Source of the DNA: Ptychomitrium polyphyllum
Lineage: Eukaryota
Assembly: GCA_973851085.1 (NCBI GenBank)
Contig: OZ316776.1
Span: forward strand, 62,001-126,000
Length of the DNA: 64,000 nt
Direction: 5' to 3'
Made by a program: the position numbers and the translations under genes. Positions 46,563-61,700 of this stretch are shown in pieces (position 1 is the first letter of the stretch; every line of letters starts with the position of its first letter). Under the pieces are notes generated by a model. That model saw only the letters and a program-made list of their open reading frames with translations. It was not told the origin of the DNA and did no database searches.

Positions 46563-47624
46563 CATTCTTTCTTTCCTCTTTCTTTTCTTTTGCTACCGCA
46601 GTGGTTCAGTGTTGCAGGGGTGCAGAGGTGCAGTGCTATTTGCCTTTGCTTCCCGCTCCCGCTCCTAGTCCTGGTCCTGTTGCAGCGCTCCAGCGGAGGC
46701 CAGCAGTGGAGTGTGGCAACCTCATCCCGCATTCCTTTGGAACGTCCAAGTTGAAGTGCTAAGCTAGCAATCCCTCCCTCACTGCTCAGTGTTGTGCTAC
46801 TACTTTCTCAGTTCTCTTGGGAGTCCCTCCTTCCTTCTCCCACTTGCTGCCTGCTGCATTGCTTGCCCCTCCTTACTCTTGCTTACCATGCCTGCCGCTT
46901 CCCCCTCCTCCTGCCCCTCCTTGCTCGCATCTACGTGATCTTGCTTCCACCCGCCTCACCCGTCGCCCTCGTTTGGTAAGTGCTTCCCACACCTTCTTTT
47001 CTCTCTTCTTCCTCCTATTTCACAGATCGCCTTCCTCACATCTTCCCTATCGCATGGCCCTTCTTGCACTCTTACCACAGCTTGATCTTGCTCTTGCGCC
47101 GCTCGTTCATCCTCTTTCGGATCTCCGATCTTTCCTCTGTGCTTTATGTATCCTCGATCAAAGTTTCTCGCCACTGCATTCTTTCTCTACACTATTGGAT
47201 CTTCTGCAATGCTACAACCCTACTTCTACTTCCTGTTCTTTCTTTCAAGTCTTACGCTTCCTTCGCAAATCCCCTCCCGCCCCTCCCTCCCCCTCCTCTC
47301 TTCTTCTAAACCCGGTCCTTGTGGACAACTAGGATTGTGCCGTGCAGTAGTCTCCCCTACTTCCCACATGTTGTACATCTTTTCTCTGGTAACCCACCAC
47401 CGTCGCTCTCTCAATCTTTCGTAATTTTACTTGTCCTGCGTATAGTGACGATTTTTTCGTGTTCCTGCGATGAATGGTTTTATTTTGTTGCTACATCGAG
47501 GCGGGTCTTTTCTAATTGCTTTATTTGAGGTTTTTGCGTAAAGTGAAGTACTTCACAGCATTTTAGCTGCTTGATCTGGTTTGACATTTGATGTTCTGCC
47601 AGGGCACCACTAGATTGAGCGACA

Positions 47625-50600
47625 ATGAGTGATTCCTCAAGATTGTCGGAGAAAGCCCAAGGATTACATTTGGGACATGCTAATGCAGCTAATAACAAAT
47701 CCTCCATACGATCTGCAGCTACTGCTGCTGCAGCTGCGTATGCCTGGAGGAAGGCCTCCAGACCTAAAGATGGAAACGGAGCAAGGTCTACTCTCACTGT
47801 CGTGCCCTCGCGACCATCTACGGAAGGTTTCATGGCTATGGCTACAACTAATGGAAACCCCTCTCCTCCTGTACTAGGGAGGAGAGTTTCGACCTCCGCG
47901 GTTACCTTAGCACATCAACTATCGTTTGGCTCAAGGGATGTTGACTCGAATCCTGATATGGCTGTAGATTCTAGAAGCGTGCTGAATGAGGCAAGGGCCA
48001 AGCTTGCGACCGTTGAGAAAAAAACAGTCGATCAGTGGAGGAAAGCTGCGGCAGATGCTAAAGCTCTGTCGAAAGTGGAGAAAGGAGAAGAACGAATTTT
48101 GCAACTAGAGCAGCAGTTGTCCAGAATCGAAGATGAGTTGAGGGATGCTGCGTTGATTGAGGTTGCACTGTATTCGGTTGTAGCTGAGCATGGGAGCTCG
48201 GCCCACAAGGTTCATACTCCTGCTAGGCGCCTCGCAAGGTTTTACAAGTATGCTTACAAGAACTGGGGCCTTGAGAGAAGAGCTGCCATTGCTAAGGATG
48301 TTGTCTCCGGGCTTGTGCTGATTTCTCGGGCATGCGGCAACGATGTCCCAAGGTCTTGCGCTGCGAACTTTTTCCTGGATCTCTTGTGATCTAGTATTAC
48401 ATGAGATTTAAGCAGTCTATTTTTATAGAATATTTAGGAAAATAGCATCATAGTTGACTTTAATGCAAAGATCCTTCTTCACAGGATGCCATGGAAATCT
48501 CTACTTACCAATTTTCGCTCGCTTATATACGCAGATTGACATACTGGTGGTCGAATGTGGTTGTTCTGAGGGAAACCATTAGCCAATCGTGTGAGGATTG
48601 TGACGTAGGGCCGTCTGGCGTAGATGGAGATGCTGATTCTTCTCTTGGGAATGACTTTCAAGCTAGGGCCTTTCGGTCCCAGCAACTACGGAAGTCAAAG
48701 AGTGATATCAGTTATCTTTTGAGTCCCCAAGGAGCTAAGAAAGACTGGCGAACGTCTGGAATGTTTGTGGCTACACTCTTCAGAATAGAGTCCTGGCTTC
48801 ATGCACGGGTGCTGGAATCTGTATGGTGGCAGGTATGCATCGTCATTGTTGTCCTCCATTCTCGATTTCGTGGGGTTTTTCACCTGACAAATTTTGAAGA
48901 TGGTGCTCAAGTGCTGTATTGACAGAAGTACTGTAGTGTTTACATGGAATGATCATGTGTATTCATTCCCTAGAAACCGTCCTTGTTTATGACAGAAGGA
49001 ATCGATTCTAATGAGAGGGTAAAACGTCCTCTAACAACGTGTATGTGAACTTCGACCTGTGACTCTTTTCTAACTACATTTTTCGGCTTTTGTGCCAACA
49101 GGCAATGACCCCACGTATGCAACTTGGAGGAGTGCATACAGCAAATGTGAAGGGCAGCTCTGCAGATCTAAATGGTGACTTGAGCAAGTTTGCTGGTGAT
49201 TCGAGAGATTTTGCGAAGGATAAAATGAACTATAATAGCCGTAAGTTAGGTGATACCCGACAAGGCAACATATCTGTAGAAATCTGGAAACGAGCGTTTA
49301 CTGATGCCCTTAAAAGGCTCTGTCCTCTTCAAGGAGAGGGGTTAGAATGTGGTTGTTTGCCAGCGTTGAACAGAATGGTAAGCTCGCGAACCGTCACTTT
49401 CTGCTTTTTGAAATTTGGGTTTTTGTGTGCTTTCTCGAGTCCTCTGCATGCGATTGGTGATTTCTGTTGGGTGTTCGACCTGGGAAATTTAGACATTCAG
49501 GTGTTTTTGGTTTCTGCTCTTAGTAATTTCAAGTTTTCCAAATCGGATATTCTCTAGACTGAAATCTCAAAGTTAAACTCCTGCAGGTTATTGAAGAGTG
49601 TGTTGTTCGACTTGATGTATCCATGTTCAATGGAATTTTGCGTGACCCAGATGATGATTCGCCAACAGATCCTTTGGCTGATCCGATAACTGATCTTTCG
49701 GTTCTTCCAATTCCTATTGGGAGTCTTACGTTTGGAGCTGGATCACATTTGAAAAATGTGGTAGGTTCCCCTTTTGTATAAAAGTCCTTGTATTTATATA
49801 TTAATTGTGCAGACCTCAGTGCGGCCCTTGTTATCATTTGGCAGTATAATAGAACTTAAAGTTTCTTCGTTGTACAGGTAGTGAACTGGTCAACATGGTT
49901 GTCAGGTCTAGTCAGCTGTAAGGACCGCGTGCCAGCTGAATTCATATCGTCTTTGCCAGAGGATGCCGAAGATGAAGAGCCTGTGCAATTCAATCTTTTA
50001 AAAGCTACAGGCGATTTGCTCATGCTTCCCAAGGATATCCTTCTTGATGCTGAGATCAGGAAAGAGGTATACTCTGCGATTTTCTATTTTACTGCAGTGA
50101 CTGTCTCAACTGGGCATCCGATTTTTTCAAGTCTTGAGTGGGCACCTCTCTACGACTATTCGTTTTTTCTGCAGTCATTGAGAATTTAAGATATTGACGA
50201 CAGGGTCTTTAAGAGTCTAGCTGAACCTTCGGTATTTCTGTGAAGCCTGCATTGTGATATTTTGCATTTCCGGCTTTTGAGGGTTTGTAGGGTCCTACCA
50301 ATTAGTTATGGTTTGACAACTCTGTGGCTCATAGTAACTGGTTACGCACATTGAATGAGTACTGAAGTTCAAATAGAGGTGTCATTTCAGCTTTTATAAT
50401 TGAATAGCCATGAGCAATCAACTTGGTTAATGGTTAAGTAGAGATCGACCTTTTCTCACATCCTAAACAGAATGAATTTTGTTTTGAGTCTGTGCAATAT
50501 TTTGTCAGGTTTGTCCAGGACTGAACTTACCATTAATTCGGCGAGTGCTGGCCAACTTTGCTCCGGATGACTTTTCCCCAGATCCTATTTCCCCAGGCCT

Positions 50601-51200
50601 TCTGAATGCACTAGCAACTGAGGTGAGTGCAGTTCCATGTTCAAGCAGACGTGGGTAATGAATTTGGTTCTAGATTCGACATTTAGGTCCTCTTTAAACG
50701 AGAAGTCGCTAGGTGTGAATACGAGCCTGATTAGTGGTACCTGAAACTATGTTTTAGTAGAATTATATGATGTTGTATAATCCATTGAGGCATCTCGGAG
50801 AAGATTTCACTCTAGCACCTTGCTTTCCTTAGTTGCTGATGTGCATCCGGTTTGACAGGTGGCAAACGAGAGGAGGAAATTTGGGGAGGATGATATTAGC
50901 CCAGACGATATTGCCATGGCTTGTGTACCTCCAGTGATCTACTCGCCACCACCCACGGGCTTTGTGAAGTTATGGATCGGAGAGCCTGCAAACTCGACTC
51001 AGTGGGGGAAAAGTCCCTCGTCAGCCTTGCGAAAAGGATATACAAGCGATGACGATTTGGAGGAATACGAGAACCCTCTGTCTTTGTTGCAAGACAAACC
51101 CAGGTATGGTGCAGAGAATGGAAGTGGGAAGAAGAAAAAGAAAGAAGGTTTGGGAGCGTCCCGCTTTCAGTTGCTAAAAGAGGTGTGGGCAAATCCGTGA
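47625..51200 (+). CDS. Plant 'nucleolar gar2-related' coiled-coil protein family member, 7 exons
   Basis: Exons 47625-48352, 48535-48832, 49102-49377, 49587-49760, 49878-50066, 50509-50622, 50859-51200. ELRDAALIEVALYSVVAEHGSSAHKVHTPARRL, CGNDVPRLTYWWSN, ESVWWQ, ECGCLP and RFQLLKEVW. Confidence 0.85.
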
Positions 51201-51724
51201 TCAGTGAACAATCCAGCATGACTTTCAGATTGATTCGAAATCTGAATGCACTTATCTTAGAGTCTAATCACGTATTTTTGATGTAGTTAAAGTGTACATT
51301 TTATTTTGTATGTGTCTTCGAAGGGTAATGTTTTTAGAACTTCCTTCTATTTGGAACTTATATGTTGTCTTGTATTACCCTGCTATTATGATTTCCTCAA
51401 GACAGGAGCAATACTGATATTTGTCATTTTGCACCCATTTGTCACACAGTTTAGGTTTGACCTATTGGTGGTTTGCTAAATAGAAGAGGATTGGACTCGT
51501 TGAGTAACCGGTATCCTTCAGCTGTAGCATTGTAGAATGATTAAGATTAATCAATTTGCTTATGAACTGCCGGAACTGGGAACACATGAGTTTCAGATAG
51601 ATTTCTGTACATTTTCCCATTTGCTAATGGATGATCGTGATGTTTATACGGTCACTTACCGTTTTATTCACACTTCGTATGGAAGGCTTATAGTAAGTGT
51701 ACATGAAACACAACTAGTGACAAT

Positions 51725-53658
51725 TCACACAGTTGCGCTGTGCTTAGGTCGAGTTTCAAGTAGTTTACGAAGCCTATGTTCAATAATAGTTTGTGCCTCC
51801 TCAAGGACACTACTGACCACTGTTGCTGTAGGGAGTACTTCCTTGATGTGGCCTGCACCCGTTCCAGCATACATGACCATACTCGCCACATCACCCTGCG
51901 TGGTCGAGTTGGGAGGAATCGCTGAAAACCTTGGTACATCCTCCTCCACCTGCAATAAATTCAGAATGTCTTTATAATCGATTCTGCTTGCATTATCACT
52001 TGAAATCAACTTCTGGTGAAGATATCTGGTCATAAGACAGATTTGCTGTTTTGAGATATTTGGGATTTGAGATGTTGAGAAATGACATACATTGTCAAAC
52101 ATCGTGGTGCGGCCCACAGTAGGCTGACCGAACTCCGTTTCGTCCGCAGCCATCTTGTCCTTCCAAGTTTCAAAAAAGGAAGTTTTCAGCACACGGTGAC
52201 GAGCACCTGGCCAGCGGCCTCTCCCAAACATGTCTGTGTGCTCGGTGCTGTCACTGCCAGATTCCAGAATCATTTTCTTGTAAAGTGGATGCGCGATGGA
52301 CTCTGTTGTCGCTGCAAACCTATTTTAAACCAACGGCAATGCTGCTGCTTTAGGATGCCATGGAGAATGACAATTACTCAGTTGGTTGGTGTTGTAAACA
52401 GCCTCTAACAAGTTCCCAACTTAACCGAGTAAGGATGATGAAGGTGCGAGGGTGTTTGACCTGGTTCCCATACAGATGCCTTGAGCGCCGAGAGCGAGTG
52501 CAGCAGCGTAGCCGCGGCCATCCACAATACCTCCTGCTGCTATTACAGGTATGTTGTAGCCCTTCACTGCGTCCACTACACTGGGAAGTAGCGTCAGCAA
52601 GCCAGTCTGCATCGAGTTGTGAAACTTCTTTAGTGACAGAGGATATGGTGAGTCTAACACACTACCACAAGAATTACTTCTTCAATGACAAAGAAATCAG
52701 AAGGACGAAGAAATCAGAGAGAAGAGAGAAGGTTATGGAGGTGTCTCTGGCATTGACCGGTGGAGCGTGCATGCTCTTGTGCAGAATAGCTACAAAAGAA
52801 GACTAGGATCATGATAGTGGGTTGGCTAATTGCCTGGCCGAGAATATGGCCGCCAGCTTCAATACCCTGGACAATGATGGCATCCACGCCTGCTTCGGCG
52901 GCCTTGCGTGCTGCGTCCACGGATCCCACCTGATGCAGCACCTTCACCCCCGCTTGGTGGGCTTCGTCCACACTGACTCGGGGAAAATCACCCCAATTGA
53001 CTTGCATGAACTGCACTTTCTCTGCGTAGATGGCCTGCACGATCTTCGCGTATGGAAACGCTCTGTCATGTATTCGTTCAAACCCCACACTACAGGATAA
53101 GTGCTTGCTTATTCATTCAGAGTGCAGGAGATTCACAGTGCATTAACTGTTACGTGTAAATACTTCCAGGACGACGGTGACGATGCAAGGGCAGTACTCA
53201 CAGATTGACACCCACTCCAAATGGCTTGCTGGTCAGCTGGCGTGTGTGCTCTACCATCTTTGTGAAAAGATCTGGACGATCCTGCCACCATCAGCCGCCG
53301 CCGCCGCCGATCAATCGAGAGTTAATTCAAAGAGTAATGTTTATTCATCTGGGATTTGAAAGGTGCGCAGTAGTGATAAACAGATTCAGGAACGAATAAT
53401 ATTATCAAATTGTGGGAGTAGGCCAAGTTTAGCAGCTTGTTTAATTAGTATAGGAAAATGAATTACCTTGATGTGGGGAGCGCGAAGAATGCCGAGCCCG
53501 CCTGCATTTGCTACGGCGGCTACAAGGGCGGGGCCGCCGATGTCAGGACCCAGGGGGGCCTGCACGATCCCCGTTTCCAGCCCCAACACCCCGCCCCACC
53601 GCCCATTGAGCTGCGATGAGCCTATCTGATCTGCTGAATATCGCTGGTGCTGCTGCAT
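51725..53658 (-). CDS. Nitronate monooxygenase / 2-nitropropane dioxygenase-like flavoprotein, 6 exons
   Basis: [65 protein letters not shown] and MYAGTGAG. Exons 53658-53467, ~53282-53203, ~53072-52834, 52606-52461, 52319-52091, 51949-51725. Confidence 0.92.
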
Positions 53659-55052
53659 AGTTACTAGGTCTACGACAATTCTTGGAGTGAGGATGCAGGA
53701 GATACAGTGGCAGTGCTCTTTAATTGCAGGTCTCTGCTAGCATGACCGTCCGTGTGCTAGCCAGCCAGCCAGTTCAGGATGCGCAAGACAGGCTCACACG
53801 CCGAGCTAGCGTCTCAAAAATGAGCATCGGCCAGAACGCAATAGAACGCAGTGGTGCAGTGAGCCAGCTGATCAAAGCGCGCAGGAAATGAACTCGTGAC
53901 TGGTAGTGCCTGCAAGGGAGTCCAAACTGCGTCGCCCATCTAGGACCTCGCAGATGAGGGCAGCTATAGGCTGAGTCGCGTGGACCCACGCAACGTCCTA
54001 CCCGCTCTTTTCATTGCCTGCCGGCCGCGGCGCTAGTCAAGCACAGCGCACATCGCCCCTGGGTCACGCCCTTCGTTATCAACCGTGGCGCTCCCCCCAC
54101 GCCAGCCTGACCGCAGCAGCATGCCGCCCCACTTGACCATCCCACGCCCTGGTCCCCACCGTTTTAATCCTGCCTCTGTGTCAAAACCAAAATATCCATT
54201 TTCATATCTTATTAGACCTCAAACAAAGCATATTTCATAGTGCAAACCCATTCATATCCATAGAAGGAAAAAGGCTTTGGCAATTATGTAATCGAAAATG
54301 ATAAGTTACGAATTCAGAGCTCAAAGGAGATTGATGTGATCCAAGTGTTCATTCATTTCATGCCTAGGAGAGGTTAGTAGTATTGAACTTCTTCTCTAAG
54401 AAGACACTAGTGTTCTCTTATAAGACACTAGAGAGTAACTAGTGGCCAATAATTAGAGTTTAGAAATGAAGACCTAAAATCTTAGAACCGTATGAAAGTA
54501 GTAGTAATTTGTAGGTATGTATTTATATTTTGGACATGAGTTTTGAGATTGATTGGTTAGAGTGTTTATCTCATACATCTAATTTTGATTCAAATCTTAA
54601 TGGACTTGTTATAATAAGTATGTGCATATTGGTTTCAAATCCTTGTTTAAAAAGTTATGAAGGCAAAAGATTCTTCCACCAACTAGTTAGCCTTAATAGC
54701 ATATTTGTAATAAATTATACTTTAAGAGCTTTCAACTATTATAAACTATTTCAATATCTATAATAAGTCATGTACATTAAATAGAAGCTAATTTTTTTTC
54801 AAACCCTAGCTTATAGAATCTATTTTTGATGTGCAATTAATATGAATTTTTATTTTTATAGCTACTAATGATTATTCATCATTACAATATGTGAATTCTA
54901 TGAAATAGAATATCAAATTTGAACTTTGATTTTTTAACTTTATAGTATAGTAATTCTTTAATACAATTCAAAATTTAAAATGCTCATAAATTTTGCTATT
55001 GATTTCTTGAACAACAATAGTGTCTATAATCAAACTATAAGAGATTTCTAGC

Positions 55053-55106
55053 TCATAAATGAAGACATTACATGAAAGGTCATAAATGAAGACATTACAT
55101 GAAAGG
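55053..55106. repeat. 27-bp tandem duplication
   Basis: tcataaatgaagacattacatgaaagg x2. Confidence 0.9.
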
Positions 55107-55689
55107 AAATAAAAATGATGACTGCCATAGTTTTTTGAAGGATCATTAAAGCATACACAAAGTCTAATAAAATTGTACTTGATTGTAATGCTTCTACAAA
55201 TTTGTTGTATTATTCTTTGCTTGCAATATAAAGTTTGACTTTGTTTTATTGTGTAGATAAAACAAATGCCTTCATCATTGTGATGTATGTATGTTTATGG
55301 ATGCTTGCGGGACATTAGACCGCCACATTATGGCTCTTGAAAATTGACAAATCTGTCTTCAATGTTTAATGTATCCATTGATGGCCATTTTTGTGTCTAT
55401 AAATGTTTCATTGTACTTAATGAATTTGAATGAAGAACGTAAAAAATAGGAGTATATTATAATTAAAACGAAGTAGATGAAATTTAACAAGTCACGTCAT
55501 GATGTTATAAACATATGTTATAATATAATCTTGAAGAATTTTCCAATGGCTTCCACCTCCATGAAAAATTTCTTGCAAAAATCACATACAAATCTAAAAT
55601 ATTTTATAACTTTTTTGGAAGCTTTTTTAGAAGTGTTTTAAAAAAAAATTAAGAAATATAAGCTTCTTGGAAATATGAGCATTGACAAT

Positions 55690-58600
55690 GACAACTATAG
55701 TTCATTCGGCATTGGAAGTGGATGGAAGAAACCATGAAGTTGGTATCTTGGTACTTTAGTCCTTGTATAAGTGTCGCATGACCAAACAAAGTCCTTCACG
55801 TATTTTTACATTTGTGGTCAACAATAGTCTCAAGTAACCAACTCCATTGTGTAATTGAATCCAAAATGCCTTGCTTTTAGAAAATCATGACGTGCTTGAA
55901 GGATCTTCATTTGTATAGGACCAGGATGTAGGTACAAAAGTCCTTTATAGTAAAGTAGGCCCTTTTGAAATTCAAAGTCTTCATCGCTATTTGAAGGATC
56001 TCCGTTGTCTTTGAGGCGTTTTCTTACATTTGAAACAAAGACATCATTCTTTGAAGCCCTCATAAATTTTGTCAAAATGGAATGTTGTTGTAATAATTAT
56101 TGTTTTCAAGTGAAGATTCTATGGCTTCAATAAATTAGTCTTTTGTTGATCCAAAACTTCATCTCCAGGTTGAGGAGCTAAATAAGATCTTCGAGATAAG
56201 GCATTTGGCTTACCTTGCAAGCTACCAAATCAATAGGTAATGATAAAGTTAAATCTAAAAAGCAACATATTCCACCTTGCTTGACGACAATTTAGAACAT
56301 GCGCACTCATATAGTATTCTAAGTTCTTGTGGTCTATATATATCATGATTGTATGTTGAGCTCTTTCTTACAAGTTGTCTCCATTTCTCAAACGCATCCA
56401 GAATTCCAAATAATTTCTTATCATATATATATCATAGTTGATCTTTGCCGCTGAGAACTTCCTCAAACAAAAGGCAATAGGATGGAATCTCTCATCTTTA
56501 TTATATTGTGAGAAATTTGAGCCAAGCGCAAAATCTGAGGCGTATGCTTCTAAATAGAAAGACTTTGAGGGATTTGAATGAATAAGGATTAGAGACAACG
56601 TGAATGACTTCTTAAGACCTTGAAATGCTCTTTTTTTCTCTTCATTCCAAGTTAATTTTTGCTTCCCTGTAAGTTGTCTCAATGGTATTGCAAACTTGGA
56701 ATAGTCCTTGATGACTATCTTGTAGAAGTTTGCAAATCCTAAGAAGCATTGAACATCTCGAATTGATCTTGGCGTACTCCACTCCATGACAGTGCTTATT
56801 TTATTCTCATCCATATGGATTCTTCTTTTGGAGATGATGTAGCTTAAAAATTCAATTAAAGATTCATAAAAAAGGTACTGTTTTAATTTGGCATATAATC
56901 TTTGTTGGCCTAGTTTTTCTAAGAGTAGTTGCACATGACATTTGTGGTCTTATTCATCCTTTGAATATATTAAAATATCATCCAAGTAGATGATTAGAAA
57001 ATTATTCAAATGTTCATGGAAGATATCATTCATCATGTGTTGGAAGACTGCAGGGGCATTAGTACGGCCAAAAAGCATGACATTGTATTAAAAATGGCCA
57101 TGCCTAGATCAAAAAGCTGTCTTCCATTTGTCTCCTTCTTTGATGCATACAAGATTGTAGACTCTCTTAAGATCAATCTTAGTGAATGTTTTTGCTTGGC
57201 TAAATTGCTATAGGAGTCTTGAGATTAATAGTAATGGATAGCAATTCTTGATTATTACCTTATTGAAGCCTTAATAATCCACGTACATATATAATGATCT
57301 ATCATTCTTTTTTACAAATAGAATGGGTGCTCTAGCATGTGATTTTGAATGTTGGATGAAGCCTTTTCCGCGATTTTCATCAATATATTATTTTAAGGCA
57401 GTCAATTCGGTTTGTAATAGATTATACATAGGTTCAAAAAGTGTTTGGGCTCCTTCTTGCAACTCAATGGCACAATTGTAAGGCCAATGCTTTAGTAATA
57501 TGTCTACATTTTTTTTCTCAAATATTTTATTATTTAATCTTCATATTAACAAGGTATAATTTGATTCGACTATTGTATAGAGTTGAACATTGATATGGTA
57601 TAGAATGGTGTATCCTTTGCCGCTCTCATGAACGCCTTAGCTCCAATAAATGATGGTGTAAGATTTCTCTTTTATTAACATATTTTCCTTGAAATTACGG
57701 TCCGTAAGTGCCAATCAATGTCTGGATTATGTAATTCAAATCAAAGAAGGTCTAAGACAATATGATTTGTTTGGCATTAAATAATGTTGAAGAAAATCTT
57801 AGATGCTTGGTCCCCTAAAATAACTTCCCAAGATTGACTTTCTTCAATAACATTGCTAGATGCAAGAGATTGTTCATCAATAACTTCAACAAGTTTGTGA
57901 TGTTTTTTGTTCATAAGTACAATGTAATGTTTTATTGTAAAATCCCTATCTATGAAGCATATTGTTGCACCAATGTCTAAAAGAGCTTTACTAACTATTT
58001 CATTATCTAAAAATTTAATTTTGATAGGAAACATAAAAAAAGAGGTAGAAGTTGGAGGTAATAAGAGACCTTGATTTGATGGCTGTTTCTTTGTAGTGTC
58101 TAGTCGCATCGTCCTTGCTATAATTAGATACTCTTGTTTTCCAGTTCCACCATTGTGCTTTGAACTTTAAAGGCAGATCCTTTAATTTGGAAATTGCGAA
58201 CTTTATGTCCAAACTTGCTACAATACAAACATAGGTTTCCTCTTTTACGCCTTTTTTTCTTTTGAAGAATCAAGTGTTTAAATTCGGCAGTATTAATTTG
58301 CATTGGATCTGGTCCTTGTGATTGGCTTTTTAATATTGTTGAAGAAATGGTTGCTATACTTTAATGTACAGGTCACCATTTCAAGCGTTGCTTTTGGAGC
58401 TTTTTAAATAGCCTATCGTCACATGCTATTGCTTGGGTAATGAAATCATTTAGCATTTCAATTCTTGGCATTGTAAATAGCAGGTTCTTCGTATTTTTCT
58501 CAGGCCTCACTAGAATCGGGTGACTAAGGCCTTATCATTTCAATCAAGGTCGTAAGCTAGTTAACAAAATTGTAGCATATGTAGCAGCTAGGCGCTCTCA

Positions 58601-58794
58601 TTGTTGTAGACTTTGGATACTTGTCTAAACCACCTTCTCTCCATCAATAACTCCAAAAGTAGATATCAACGCTTCTAGGAAAGCATTTAAAATGTTCAAT
58701 ATTGATGACTGCTTTTTTAATTATGATGCAAATTCCAATATTGCATTCTTTGATATAAAGTGGCTAAAAATCCTACTTGAGTAGTACCATCAGA
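55690..58794 (-). mobile_element. Older, decayed Gypsy gag-pol (gag, PR, RT, RH, start of INT), truncated
   Basis: ALLDIGAT (protease), [28 protein letters not shown] and RHFGFN; colinear with the copy at ~61000-64000 but with more stops. Confidence 0.9.
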
Positions 58795-61700
58795 TGATAG
58801 AGACACAAGAAACAAGAAGCAAAAATGAAGTGTTTCCCAAGAATTAGCTTTTAAAGAGCTAATAATTAACAAGAACTTGATACAAACACTAGAACAAGGC
58901 AGGATTCAAGATGATCCACAACTTGTGTTGGCAAGACTAAGGAATACCTTGTCTTGCCTCCAATTTATACTATGACGTTTGTATCTCCTACGATACTTCT
59001 AAAGAACCTTCCTACAAGGCTTAAGAAAGTTCTGGAAGTCTAAGGAACCTTCCTAAGAAGTTTCTTAAGATGTTGGAACCTTCCAAAGAAGTTTCTTAAG
59101 GTAGCGGAACCTTCTTAAGAAGATTCTTAAAGAGGTAGAACCTTCCTAGGAAGTTTCCTAAGATGGAGGAACTTTCCTAGGAAGCTTCCTAAAAACATGG
59201 AAAGGCTATGGAGACATCTAAAAGTATTCTAAGAAGCTATTATAGTATACTAGAAGGTTCTAGAATGTTCTAAGGACTATGTTGCATGATCTATGTCTGT
59301 GACATCACCTCCCCATTTAGCGACAAGTTCCATGAAGAGCTCTTTTCTTTGCTTGCTTGTTACATTTCTACAAATTCCAAAATTTGTCGAAGGAGTGAAG
59401 CAACATACTCTACTTGTTGTTCTTTGTTCACTACTTCAACTGGTCCTTGTAAGAAGCGCCGATGACCACTAGTCAAAACTTCTGTTGTTGAAATGTTCCA
59501 TCCCAAGATTTGATCTTGATTAAGTCCTTCAAAACATCTTCCAAACAAGATTTCGGGTCCTCCAGGAGTGACTCTTCCAATTTTTAACAAGATGACTAGA
59601 ACGCAAGCATCTAAATCAAAATTGGAATGTGAAGGGCGACTATTGAATACTTCTGCATAAGGTCGTACTCGACGTTGGAAGGTCCCTATCATATCTTGGC
59701 TTAGATCCTCCGTTACCGAGGGCTGGGAAAGTTGAGTTGGCTCAACAGATGTTGTTGTTGATGAAGGCATGGCCGACTGCTCTTCACGCATATCCATCAT
59801 AACACGAAGATTTGACATACTAACTAGGATCTAGAAATGAACTATCTTGGAAATAATGTTGTATACAATTGGAGGTTTGGATACCTCTCTTTCCTTCTTA
59901 TACTTGTCCATGAAGGAAAAACTTCTCTGTGAAGCTAACAGCTACTGATGACACATTATCACTGACCTGGTTTCTGATGATATCTTTGATGAAATTCGCG
60001 TACCTTCTCGGATGCATTTGTTACATTTGTTGAAGGTTCCCATGTTTGATCATTGATGCCATATCCTTGCCAATGTATAAAATACTCCACATGTCCGCTC
60101 TTGATGCGTGAATCTAAGATCTCTTCCATTTCATATTGGATTTCATTATTGATTTCAAGCAGAGGAGGCGGAGGGACAATTTTCTTTGGTATACATGATT
60201 TGTTATAGATTTCCAACAACGATACGTAGAATACTGGATGAATTTGCATGCTTGGTGGTAGCTTTAGGCGATAACTAACCGGATTCATCTGTTTGCTGAT
60301 TTCAAACGGTCCAAGCCTTTGATAGTCCAACTTCTTTTATGGTCTTTTTGTTTGTATATTTTGTCGTAGGAGCCATACGCTATCTCCAACCTTGAACTTT
60401 GGATGGTCCTTTTGATGGCAATTTGCATAAGTTTTGTAACGATCTTGAGCTTGTTGTAGTTGGAAAGTAATTTCTTGATGGATTTTAGCAAGTTGAATTG
60501 CAAAATCCTCTGCTGCAAGACTTCCAACATGCTTCACTTGAAATGGATCTACTTGAGGATGATGCCCATACTTTGCAAAGAATGGACTTTGAGTTGTTGA
60601 AGACTGCACCGTATTGTTGTAAGTAAATTCTGCCAAAAGCAAGAAATCCATCCAGTTGTCTTGCTGGTAGTTTATGCTACAACGAAGGTACTACTCCAAA
60701 ATTTGATTCACACGTTTGGTTTGGCCATCAATTTGCAGATGGTGTGCTGAAGAAAGATTGGTCTTTACACACAACAGCTGGAATAGAGCCCTCCAAAAGT
60801 TGGAAATGAACTGCGGCCCCCGATCGGATATAATATCATCTGGTAGTCCATGTATGCGGTAGACGTGACTTAAGAACAACTTGGCAATTTCTTCTTCCGT
60901 TATTGTCTTTTTGCATGGAATGAAATGTGCCATTTTGATAAATCGATCCACCTTTACCAAAATAGAATCCTTAGAATCGGAGTATGGAAGGTTTGTGATA
61001 AAATCCATTGACAAAGTCAACCATGGGTTCTTTGGCACTGGAAGCGGATGGAAGAGACTATGAGGTTGGTGCCTTGGTACCGTGGCTCTTGCACAAGTGT
61101 CGCATGATCGAACAAGGTCCTCACGTACTTCCACATTTGTGGCCACCAATAGTCTCTAGCAATCAACTTCATTGTTTTATTGAATCCAAAATGTCCTGCT
61201 GCTGGAAAATCATGACGTGCTTGAAGGATCTTCAACCGCAAAGGGCCTGAAGGTAGGTACAAAAGTCCTTTATAATAAAGTAGGCCCTTTTGGAATTCAA
61301 AGTCCTCATCGCTATTTGAAGGATTTCCATTGTCTTTGAGGCGCTTCTTTATATTTGAAACAAAGACGTCATTCTTTAAAGCCTTCTGAATTTCTTCAAG
61401 ATGGGATGTTGTTGTAATAATCGCTGCTTTCAATTAAAGATTCTCTGGCTTCAATAAAATAGTCCTTTGTTGAATCAAAACATCATCTCCAAGTTGAAGA
61501 GCTAAATAAGATCTTCGACATAAGGCATTTGGCTTACCTTGCAAGCTATCAGGTCGATAGGTAATGACAAAGTCAAATTTGGAAAGCAACATACTCCACC
61601 TTGCTTGATGGCGATTCAAAACACGCGCCCCCATGAAATACTCCAAGTTCTTGTGGTCTGTGTATATCGTGATGGTATGTTGAGTTCCTTCCAATAAGTG

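Noticed and set aside
46350..47424. Leu/Ser/Pro-rich ORFs
   Set aside because: Products of the (CT)n and pyrimidine-rich leader or intron sequence.
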